This document shows, piece by piece, positions 45,100 to 57,600 of a DNA stretch of 64,000 nt. How positions within the stretch are numbered: the first letter of the stretch is position 1; each line of letters opens with the position of its first letter. The translations under genes were made by a program, and so were the position numbers. The notes below the pieces were generated by a model, which saw only the letters and a list, made by a program, of their open reading frames with translations, made no database searches and had not been told where the DNA came from. Source of the DNA: the human T2T-CHM13v2.0 reference genome, Homo sapiens; the NCBI RefSeq assembly GCF_009914755.1, contig NC_060933.1; one strand, written 5' to 3'.

Positions 45100-46100
45100 A
45101 CTCCATTCTTTCCGTTCCATTCCATTCCATTCCATTCCTTTCTATTCGTGTTAATTCCATTCCATTTTATTCCATTCCATTCCATTGAAATCGAGTTGAT
45201 TCCATTCCATTCCATTCCATTCCATTCCATTCCATTCCATTCCGGATGATTCCATTCCATCGCATTGCATTCGATTCCATTCCCCTGCACTCGGGTTGAT
45301 TCCATTCCATTCCATTACATTCCGTTCCACTCCATTCCATTCTAATCTATTCGGGTTAATTCCATTCCATTCCATTCCATTGCATTCCATTCCATTCCAT
45401 TGCAATAGAGTTGATTCCATTCCATTCCATTCCATTCCATTCCAATCGATTTGATTCCATTCCATTCCATTCCATTCCACTCCATTCCAGTCCTTTCCAT
45501 TCCATTCCACTCTGGTTGATTCCATTCTATTCCTTTCCATTCCATTACATTCCATTGCAATCGAGTTGATTCCTTTCGAGTTGAATCCATTCCATTCCGT
45601 TCCATTCCATTACATTGCACACGGGTTCATTCCATTCCATTCCATTCCATTCCATTCCATTCCATTTCATTCCATTCCATTCTATTCCGTACCATTCCAT
45701 TCCATCCCATTCCATTCCATTCCATTCCATGCCATTACACTCGGGTTGATTCCATTCCTTTCCATTCCATTCTTGTTGAATCCATTCCATTCCATTCTAT
45801 TCGATTCCATTCCATTGCACTCAGGTTGATTCCATTCCATTCCATTCCATTCGATTTCATTCCATTCCATTCCATTACATTCGGATTGATTCTATTCAAT
45901 TCCCTTACACTCCATTACATTCCATTCCATTCGGGATGTTTCCATTCCATTCCATTCCATTCCACTCCATTCCATTGCATCGGGTTGATTCCATTCCATT
46001 CCATTCCATTCCATTCAATTCCATTCCATTCCATTCCATTCGATTCCGGATGATTCCATTCCATTGCATTCCATTCCATTCCATTCCCCTGCACTCGGGT
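45100..46100 (+). repeat. Diverged long-range direct copy of ~7400-8300 (offset ~37.8 kb)
   Basis: Markers I found only in these two places: GCACACGGGTTC 7826/45617, TTCTTGTTGAATCC 7984/45770, CGGGATGTTT 8151/45932. Confidence 0.75.
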
Positions 46101-48532
46101 TGATTACATTCCATTCCCTCCCCTTCCATTCCTTTCCATTGCATTCCATTCCATTCTATTCGGGTGAATTCCATTCCATTCCATTCCATTCCATTTCATT
46201 CCATTCCATTCCATTGCAATCGAGTTGATTCCATTCCATTCCATTCCATTCCTTTCCAGATTATTCCATTCCATTGCATTCCATTCCATTCCATTCCCCT
46301 GCACTCGGGTTGATTCCTTTCCATTCCATTCCCTTCCATTCCATTCTATTCCATTCCGTTCCATTCCATTCCATTCCATTCTATTCGGGTTAATTCCAGT
46401 CCATTCCATTCCATTCCATTCCATTCCAATCGAGTTGATTCCATTCCATTCCATTCCATTCCACTCCATTCCAGTCCTTTCCATTCCATTCCACTCGGGT
46501 TGATTCCATTCTATTCCTTTCCATTCCATTCCATTGCAATCGAGTTGATTCCATTGCATTGCATTCCATTCCATTCCATTACATTCCGGATGATTCCATT
46601 CCATTGCATTCCATTGCATTCCATTCCCCTGCACTCGGGTTGATTCCATTCCATTCCACTGCATTCCATTCCATTCCATTCCATTCCATAGTATTCGGGT
46701 TAATTCCATTCCATTCCATTCCATTCCATTCCATTCCACTCTATTACAATCGAGTTGATTCCATTCCATTCCATTCCATTCCATTCCATTCCTTTGCATT
46801 CCATTCCACTCGGGTTGATTCCATTCTATTAGTTTCCATTCCATTCCATTCCCTTCCATTCCACTCTGGTTGATTCCACTCCTTTCCATTCCACTCGTAT
46901 ACATTCCCTCCTAATCCACTCGGAACAATTCCATTCCATTCCATTCCATTCCATTCCATTCCATTTCGTTCCATTCCATTCTATTCCGTACCATTCCATT
47001 CCATTCCATTCCATTCCATTCCATTCCACTCGTGTTGATTCCATTCCTTTCCATTCCATTCGGTTTGAAGCCATTCCATTCAATTCCATTCCATTCCATT
47101 CCATTCCATTCCATTCCATTCCATTCCATTCCATTTCATTCCATTGTGCTCGGGTTGATTCCATTCCATTGCATTCCATTCCATACCATTCAATTCCATT
47201 CCGTTCCATTCCATTCCATTACATTCGGATTGATTCTATTCAACTCCCTTACTTTCAATTACATTCCATTCCATTCGGATTGATTGTATTCAACTCCCTT
47301 ACTCTCCATTACATTCCATTCCATTTGGGTTGTTCCATTCCATTCCATTCCATTCCACTCCATTCCATTCCATTCTATTCGGATTAATTCCATTCCATTC
47401 CATTCCATTCCATTCTATTCCATTCCATTGCAATCGAGTTGAATCCATTGCATTTCCTTCCATTCCATTCCATTCCATTCCATTCCGGAAGTTTCCTTTC
47501 CATTGCATTCCATTCCATTCCATTCCCCTGCACTCGCGTTGATTCCATTCCATTCCATTCCATTCCATTCCACTCCGTTCCATTCCGTTCCATTCCATTC
47601 CATTCCATTCCATTCCGTTCCGTTCCGTTCCATTCCATTCCATTCCATTCTATTCGGGTTAATTCCATTCCATTCCATTCGATTGCAATCGAGTTGATTC
47701 CATTCCATTCCATTCCATTCCATTCCATTCCTTTCCATTCCATTACGGATGATTCCATTCCATTGCATTCCATTCCATTCCATTCCCCTGTACTCGGGTT
47801 GATTCCATTCCATTCCATTCCAATCCATGCCATTCCACTCGTGTTGATTCCATTCTTTCCATTCCATTCAAGTTGAATCCATTCCATTGCATTCCATTCC
47901 ATTCGATTCCATTCGATTGCACTCGGGTTGATTCCATTCCATTGCATTCCATTCCATTCCATTCCATTCCATTACATTACATTCCATTACATTCGGATTG
48001 ATTCTATTCAATTCCCTTACACTCCATTACATTCCATTCCATTCGGGTAGTTTCCATTCCATTCCATTCCATTGCTCTCCATTCCATTGCACTCGGGTTG
48101 ATTCCATTCCATTGCATTCCATTCCATTCCATTCCTTTCCATTCCATTCCATTACATTCGGATTGATTCTATTCAACTCCCTTATTCTCCATTACATTCC
48201 ATTCCATTTGGGTTGCTCCATTCCATTCCATTCCATTCCACTCCATTCCATTGCACTCGGGTTGATTCCATTCCATTCCATTCCATTCCATTCCATTCCA
48301 TTCCATTCCGGAAGATTCCATTCCATTGCATTCCATTCCATTCCATTCCCCTACACTCGCGTTGATTCCATTCCATTCCATTCTATTTCATTCCATTCCC
48401 TTCCTTTCCGTTCCATTCCATTCCATTCCATTCCATTCCATTCCATTCCGTTCCGTTCGATTCCATTCCATTCCATTCTATTCGGGTTAATTCCATTCCA
48501 TTCCATTCGATTGCAATCGAGTTGATTCCATT

Positions 48533-48636
48533 CCATTCCATTCCATTCCATTCCATTCCATTCCATTCCTTTCCATTCCATTACGGAATGGAATGGAATG
48601 GAATGGAATGGAATGGTATGGAATGGAATGGAATGG
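48533..48636. other. Inversion (strand-switch) breakpoint within the satellite array
   Basis: The sequence reads ...TTCCTTTCCATTCCATT-ACGG-AATGGAATGGAATGG... Elsewhere CATTACGGA continues as TGATTCC (e.g. ~47743, ~43514); here it runs directly into GGAAT repeats. Confidence 0.95.
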
Positions 48637-51600
48637 TATTGAATAGAATGGAATGGAACGAATTGTAATGGAATGGAATTGAATGGAATGGAATGGAATC
48701 AACGCGAGTGCAGGGGAATGTAATGGAACGGAATGCAATGGAATGGAATCATCCGGAATGGAATGGAATGGAATGGAATGGAATGGAATGGAATGGAATG
48801 GAATCAACCCGAGTGCAATGGAAAGGAGTGGAATGGAATGGAATGGAATGGAACAACCCGAATGGAGTGGAATGTAATGGAGAGTAAGGGAGTTGAATAG
48901 AATCAATCCGAATGTAATGGAATGGAATGCAACGGAATGGAATGGAATGGAATGGAATGGAATGCAATGGAATTGAATCAACCCGAGTACAATGGAATGG
49001 AATGGAATGGAATGGAATGGAATGGAATGGAATGGAATGGAATGATACGGAATAGAATGGAATGGAACGAAATGGAATGGAATGGAATGGAATGGAATGG
49101 AATGGAATGGAATGGAATGGAATTGTTCCGAGTGGAATAGGAGGGAATGTGTTCGAGTGGAATGGAAAGGAATGGTATCAACCAGAGTGGAATGGAAGGG
49201 AATGGAATGGAATGGAAACCAATAGAATGGAATCAACCCGAGTGGAATGGAATGGAAAGGACTGGAATGGAATGGAATGGAAAGGAATCAACTCGATTGT
49301 AATGGAATGGAATGGAATGGAATGGAATGGAATGGAATTAACCCGAATACAATGGAATGGAATGGAATGGAACGGAATGGAGTGGAATGGAATGGAATCA
49401 ACCCGAGTGCAGGGGAATGGAATGGAATGGAATGCAATGGAATGGAATCATCCGGAATGGAATGGAATGGAATGGAATGGAATGCAAAGCAATGGAATCA
49501 ACTCGATTGCAATGGAATGGAATGGAATGGAAAGGAATACATTGGAATCAACGCGTGTGGAATGGAATGGAATGGAAAGGACTGGAATGGAGTGGAATGG
49601 AATGGAATGGAATGGAATGGAATCAACTCGATTGGAATGGAATGGAATGGAATGGAATGGAATTAACCCGAATAGAATGGAATGGAATGGAATGGAACGG
49701 AACGGAATGGAATGGAATGGAATGGAATGGAATGGAATGGAATGGAATCAACCCGACTGCAGGGTAATGGAATGGAATGGAATGCAATGGAATGGATTCA
49801 ACTTGAATGGAATGGAAAGAATGGAATTAACACGAGTGGAATGGCATGGATTGGAATGGAATGGAATGGAATCAACCGGAGTACAGGGGAATGGAATGGA
49901 ATGGAATGCAATGGAATGGAATCATACGGAATGGAATGGAATGGAATGGAATGGAATGGAATGGAATGGAATGGAATGGAATCAATCCGAGTGCAATGGA
50001 ATGGAGTGGAATGGAATGAAATGGAATGGAACAACCCGAATGGAATGGAATGTAATGGAGAGTAAGGGAGTTGAATAGAATCAATCCGAATGTAATGGAA
50101 TGGAATGCAACGGAATGGAATGGAATGGAATGGAATGGAATGCAATGGAATGGAATCAACGGGAGTACAATGGAATGCAATGGACTGGAATGGAATGGAA
50201 TAGAATGGAATGGAATGAAATGGGATGCCTTCAAACCGAATGGAATGGAAAGGAATGAAATCAACACGAGTGGAATGGAATGGAATGGAATGGAATGGAA
50301 TGATACGGAATAGAATGGAATGGAACGAAATGGAATGGAATGGAATGGAATGGAATGGAATGGAATGGAATGGAATGGAATGGAATCGTTCCGAGTGGAA
50401 TAGGAGGGAAAGTATTCGTGTGGAATGGAAAGGAATGGAATCAACCAGAGTGGAATGGAAGGGAATGGAATGGAATGGAAACTAATAGAATGGAATCAAC
50501 CCGAGTGGAATGGAATGGAAAGGACTGGAATGGAAAGGAGTGGAATGGAATGGAATGGAATGGAATGGAATGGAATGGAATGGAATGGAATCAACGCGAG
50601 TGCAGGGGAATGGAATGGAATCGAATGGAATGGAATGGAATGGAATGGAATCAACCCGAGTGCAGGGGACTGTAATGGAACGGAATGCAATGGAATGGAA
50701 TCATCCGGAATGGAATGCAATGGAATGGAATGGAATCAACCCGAGTGCAATGGAATGGAGTGGAATGGAATGGAATGGAATGGAACAATCCGAATGGAAT
50801 GTAATGTAATGGAGAGTAAGGGAGTTGAAAAGAATCAATCCAAATGTAATGGAATGGAACGCGATGGAATGGAATGGAATGGAATGGAATGGAACGGAAT
50901 GCAATGGAATGGAATCAAACCGAGTACAATGGAATGGAATGGAATGGAATGGAATGGAATGGAATGGAATGGAATGGAATGATACGGAATAGAATGGAAT
51001 GGAACGAAATGGAATGGAATGGAATGGAATGGAATGGAATGGAATGGAATGGAATCGTTCCGAGTGGATTAGGAGAGAATGTATTCGAGTGAAATGGAAA
51101 GGAATGGAATCAACCAGAGTGGAATGGAAGGGAATGGAATGGAATGGAAACTAATAGAATGGAATCAACCCGAGTGGAATGGAATGGAAAGGACTGGAAT
51201 GGAATGGAATGGAATGGAATCAACTCGATTGTAATGGAATGGAATGGAATGGAATGGAATGGAATGGAATGGAATCAACCCGAGTGGAATGGAATGGAGT
51301 GGAATGGAATGGAATGGAATGGAGAGTAAGGGAGTTGAATAGAATCAATCCGAATGTAATGGAATTGAATGGAACGGAATGGAATGGAATGGAATGGAAT
51401 GGAAACTACCCGAATGGAATGGAATGTAATGCAGTGTAAGGGAATTGAATAGAATCAATCCGAATGTAATGGAAAGGAATGGAACGGAATGGAATGGAAT
51501 GGAATGGAATGGAATGGAATGGAATGGAATGCAATGGAATGGAATCAACCCGAGTGCAATCGAATGGAATCAAATTGAATGGAATGCAATGGAATGGATT

Positions 51601-54600
51601 CAACTTGAATGGAATGGAAAGAATGGAATGAACACGAGTGGAATGGCATGGATTGGAATGGAATGGAATGGAATCAACCCGAGTACAGGGGAATGGAATG
51701 GAATGGAATGCAATGGAATGGAATCATCCGTAATGGAATGGAAAGGAATGGAATGGAATGGAATGGAATGGAATGGAATGGAATGGAATGGAATCAACTC
51801 GATTGCAATCGAATGGAATGGAATGGAATTAACCCGAATAGAATGGAATGGAATGGAATGGAACGGAACGGAATGGAATGGAATGGAATGGAACGGAACG
51901 GAATGGAACGGAATGGAATGGAATGGAATCAACGCGAGTGCAGGGGAATGGAATGGAATGGAATGCAATGGAATGGAAACTTCCGGAATGGAATGGAATA
52001 GACTGGAATGGAATGGAATGAAATGCAATGGATTCAACTCGATTGCAATGGAATGGAATAGAATGGAATGGAATGGAATGGAATGGAATGGAATGGAATT
52101 AATCCGAATAGAATGGAATGGAATGGAATGGAACGGAATGGAACGGAATGGAATGGAATGGAATGGAATGGAATGGAATGGCATGGAATGGAATGGAATG
52201 GTACAGAAAAGAATAGAATGGAACGAATTGTAATGGAATGGAATTGAATGGAATGGAATGGAATGGAATGGAATCAACGCGAGTGCAGGGGAATGTAATG
52301 GAACGGAATGCAATGGAATGTAATCATCCGGAATGGAATGGAATGGAATGGAAAGGAATGGAATCAACCTGAGTGCAATGGAATGGTGTGGAATGGAATG
52401 GAATGGAATGGAACAACCCGAATGGAATGGAATGTAATGGAGAGTAAGGGAGTTGAATAGAATCAATCCGAATGTAATGGAATGGAATAGAACGGAATGG
52501 AATGGAATGGAATGGAATGCAATGGAATGGAATCAACCCGAGTGCAATCGAATGGAATCACATTGAATGGAATGCAATGGAATGGATTCAACTTGAATGG
52601 AAAGGAAAGAATGGAATCAACACGAGTGGAAGGGCATGGATTGGAATGCAATGGAATGGAATCAACCCGAGTACAGGGGAATGGAATGGAATGGAATGCA
52701 ATGTAATGGAATCATCCGTAATGGAATGGAAGGGAATGGAATGGAATGGAATGGAATCAACACGATTACAATCGAATGGAATGGAATGGAATTAACCCGA
52801 ATAGAATGGAATGGAATGGAATGGAACGGAACGGAATGGAATGGAATGGAATGGAATGGAATGGAACGGAACGGAACGGAATGGAATGGAATGGAATGGA
52901 ATGGAATGGAATCAACGCGAGTGCAGGGGAATGGAATGGAATGGAATGCAATGGAATGGAATCTTCCGGAATGGAATGGAATGGAATGGAATAGAATGGA
53001 ATGGAATGGAATGGAATGGAATCAACCCGAGTACAGGGGAATGGAATGGAATGTATTGCAATGGAATGGAATCATCCGTAATGGAATGGAAAGGAATGGA
53101 ATGGAATGGAATGGAATGGAATGGAATGGAATCAACTCGATTGCAATCGAATGGAATGGAATGGAATTAACCCGAATAGAATGGAATGGAATGGAACGGA
53201 ACGGAACGGAACGGAATGGAATGGAATCGAGTGGAACGGAACGGAATGGAATGGAATGGAATGGAATGGAATGGAATGGAATCAACGCGAGTGCAGGGGA
53301 ATGGAATGGAATGGAATGCAATGGAATGGAATCTTCCGGAATGGAATGGAATGGAATGCAATGGATTCAACTCGATTGCAATGGAATGGAATAGAATGGA
53401 ATGGAATGGAATGGAATGGAATTAACCCGAATAAAATGGAATGGAATGGAATGGAACGGAACGGAACGGAACGGAATGGAATGGAATGGAATGGAATGGT
53501 ATGGAATGGAATGGAATGGTACGGAATAGAATGGAATGGAAAGAATTGGAATGGAATGGAATCGAATGGAATGGAATGGAATGGAATGGAATCAACCCGA
53601 GTGCAGGGGAATGTAATGGAACGGAATGTAATGGAATGGAATCATCCGGAATGGAATGGAATGGAATGGAATGGAATGGAATGGAATGGAACCAACTCGA
53701 TTGTGATGGAATGGAATGGAATGGAATGGAATGGAATTAACCCGAATACAATGGAATGGAATGGAATGGAACGGAATGGAGTGGAATGGAATGGAATCAA
53801 CCCGAGTGCAGGGGAATGGAATGGAATGGAATGCAATGGAATGGAATGCAATGGAATGGAATGGAATGGAATGGAATGCAAAGCAATGGAATCAACTCGA
53901 TTGCAATGGAATGGAATGGAATGGAAAGGAATACATTGGAATCAACCCGAGTGGAATGGAATGGAAAGGACTGGAATGGAGTGGAATGGAATGCAATGGA
54001 ATGGAATGGAATCAACTCGATTGGAATGGAATGGAATGGAATGGAATGGAATGGAATGGAATGGAATTAACCCGAATAGATTGGAATGGAATGGAATGGA
54101 ATGGAACGGAACGGAACGGAATGGAATGGAATGGAATGGAATGGAATGGAATGGAATCAACCCGACTGCAGTGGAATGGAATTGAATGGAATGCAATGGA
54201 ATGGATTCAACTTGAATGGAATGGAAAGAATGGAATCAACACGAGTGGAATGGCATGGATTGGAATGGAATGGAATGGAATCAACCCGAGTACAGGGGAA
54301 TGGAATGGAATGGAATGCAATGGAATGGAATCATCCGTAATGGAATGGAAAGGAATAGAACGGAATGGAATGGAATGGAATGGAATGGAATGGAATCAAC
54401 TCGATTGCAGTCGAATGGAATGGAATGGAATTAACCCGAATAGAATGGAATGGAATGGAATGGAACGGAACGGAAGGGAACGGAACGGAATGGAATGGAA
54501 TGGAATGGAATGGAACGGAAAGGAATGGAATGGAATGGAATGGAATGGAATGGAATGGAATCAACGCGAGTGCAGGGGAATGGAATGGAATGGAATGCAA

Positions 54601-57600
54601 TGGAATGGAATCTTCCGGAATGGAATGGAATGGAATGGAATGGAATGGAATTAACCCGAATAGAATGGAATGGAATGGAATGGAACGGAACGGAATGGAA
54701 TGGAATGGAATGGAATGGAATGGAATGGAATGGAATCAACGCGAGTGCAGGGGAATGGAATGTAATGGAATGCAATGGAATGGAATCTTCCGGAATGGAA
54801 TGGAATGGAATGGAATGGAATCAACCCGAGTGCAATGGAATGGAGTGGAATGGAATGGAATGGAATGGAACAACCCGAATGGAATGGAATGTAATGGAGT
54901 GTAAGGGAGTTGAATAGAATCAATCCGAATGTAATGGAATTGAATGGAATGGAACGGAATGGAATTGAATGGAATGGAATGGAATGCAATGGAATGGAAT
55001 CAACCCGAGTGCAATGGAATGGAGAGGAATGGAATGGAATGTAGTGGAAACTACCCGACTGGAATGGAATGTAATGGAGTGTAAGGGAATTGAATAGAAT
55101 CAATACGAATGTAATGGAAAGGAATGGAACTGAATGGAATGGAATGGAATGGAATGGAATGGAATGGAATGGAATGCAATGGAATGGAATCAACCCGAGT
55201 GCAATCGAATGGAATCGAATGGAATGGAATGCAATGGAATGGAATCAACTCGATTGCAATCGAATAGAATGGAATGGAATTAACCCGAATAGAATGGAAT
55301 GGAACGGAATGGAAAGGAACGGAATCGAATGGAATGTAATGGAATGGAATGGAACGGAATGGAATGGAATGGAATCAACGCGAGTGCAGGTGAATGTAAT
55401 GGAACGGAATGCAATAGAATGGAATCATCCGGAATGGAATGGAATGGAATCAACCCGAGTGCAATGGAATGGAGTGGAATGGAATGGAATGGAATGGAAC
55501 AACCCGAATGGAATGGAACGTAATGGAGAGTAAGGGAGTTGAATAGAATCAATCCGAATGTAATGGAATGGAATGCAACGGAATGGAATGGAATGGAATG
55601 CAATGGAATGCAATCAACCCGAGTACAATGGAATGGAATGGAATGGAATGGAATGGAATGGAATGGAATGCCTTCAAACCGAATGGAATGGAAAGGAATG
55701 GAATCAACACGAGTGGAATGGAATGGAATGGAATGAAATGGAATGGAATGGAATGATACGGAATAGAATGGAATGGAACGAAATGGAATGGAATGGAATG
55801 GAATGGAATGGAATGGAATGGAATCGTTCCGAGTGGAATAGGAGGGAATGTATTCGAGTGGAATGGAAAGGAATGGAATCAACCAGAGTGGAATGGAAGG
55901 GAATGGAATGGAATGGAAACTAATAGAATGGAATCAACCCGAGTGGAATGGAATGGAAAGGACTGGAATGGAATGGAACGGAATGGAATGGAATGGAATG
56001 GAATCAACTCGATTGTAATGGAATGGAATGGAATGGAATGGAATGGAATGGAATGGAATGGAATTAACTCGAATACAATGGAATGGAATGGAATGAAACG
56101 GAATGGAGTGGAATGGAATGGAATCAACCCGAGTGCAGGGGAATGGAATGGAATGGAATGCAATGGAATGGAATCATCCGGAATGGAATGGAATGAAATG
56201 GAATGCAAAGCAATGGAATCAACTCGATTGCAATGGAATGGAATGGAATGGAAAGGAATACATTGGAATCAACCCGAGTGGAATGGAATGGAATGGAAAG
56301 GACTGGAATGGAGTGGAATGGAATGGAATAGAATGGAATGGAATCAACTCGATTGGAATGGAATGGAATGGAATGGAATGGAATGGAATTAACCCGAATA
56401 GAATGGAATGGAATGGAATGGAACGGAACGGAACGGAATGGAATGGAATGGAATGGAATGGAATGGAATGGAATCAACCCGACTGCAGGGGAATGGAATG
56501 GAATGGAATGCAATGGAATGGAATCATCCGGAATGGAATGGAATGGAATGCAATGGAATGGAATCAACCCGAGTGCAATTGAATAGAGTGAAATGGAATG
56601 GAAACAAGCAGAATGGATTGGAATATAATGGAGTGTAAGGGAATTGAATAGAATCAATCTGAATGTAATGAAATGGAATGGAACGGAATGGAATGGAATG
56701 GAATGGAATGGAATGGAATGGAATGCAATGGAATGGAATCAACCCGAGTGCAATCGAATGGAATCGAATGGAATGGAATGCAATGGAATGGATTCAACTT
56801 GAATGGAAAGGAAAGAATGGAATCAACACGAGTGGAATGTCATGGATTGGAATGGAATGGAATGGAATCAACCCGAGTACAGGGGAATGGAATGGAATGG
56901 AATGCAAAGGAATGGAATCATACATAATGGAATGGAATGGAATGGAATGGAATGGAATGGAATGGAATCAACTCGATTGCAATCGAATGGAATGGAATGG
57001 AATTAACCCAAATAGAATGGAATGGAATGGAATGGAATGGAACGGAACGGAACGGAATGGAATGGAATGGAATGGAATGGAACGGAACGGAACGGAATGG
57101 AATGGAATGGAATGGAATGGAATGGAATCAACGCGAGTGCAGGGGAATGGAATGGAATGGAATGCAATGGAATGGAATCTTCCGGAATGGAATGGAATGG
57201 AATGGAATGGAATGAAATGCAATGGATTCAACTCGATTGCAATGGATTGGAATAGAATGGAATGGAATGGAATGGAATGGAATTAACCTGAATAGAATGG
57301 AATGGAATGCAATGGAACGGAATGGAACGGAATGGAATGGAATGGAATGGAATGGAATGAAATGGTATGGAATGGAATGGAATGGTACGGAATAGAATGG
57401 AATGGAACGAATTGTAATGGAATGGAATTGAATGGAATGGAATGGAGTCAACGCAATTGCAGGGGAATGTAATGGAACGGAATGCAATGGAATGGAATCA
57501 TCCGGAATGGAATGGAATGGAATGGAATGGAATGGAATGGAATGGAATCAACCCGAGTGCAATGGAATGGAGTGCAATGGAATGGAATAGAGTGGAATTG

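Larger units (their letters stand above)
1..48582 (+). repeat. Human satellite III (HSat3)-type array, (CATTC)n on + strand
   Basis: Continuous CATTC pentamers with single-base variants (CATTG, CGTTC, CTTTC, CATTA, TATTC), punctuated every few tens to ~100 bp by ACTCGGGTTG, ATTCGGGTTA, AATCGAGTTG or ACTCGCGTTG decamers. This matches the classical satellite III definition. The CATTCGATTC-rich pattern of HSat2 is only occasional. Confidence 0.97.

Noticed and set aside
48533-48636. Telomere fusion site or transposon insertion at the strand switch
   Set aside because: There are no TTAGGG repeats, no Alu/L1 or other foreign sequence, and no poly-A or target-site duplication.
48487-49236. Chimeric ORF switching from IPFHS to MEWNG repeats
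   Set aside because: It simply reads across the inversion junction. It marks the breakpoint and is not a gene.
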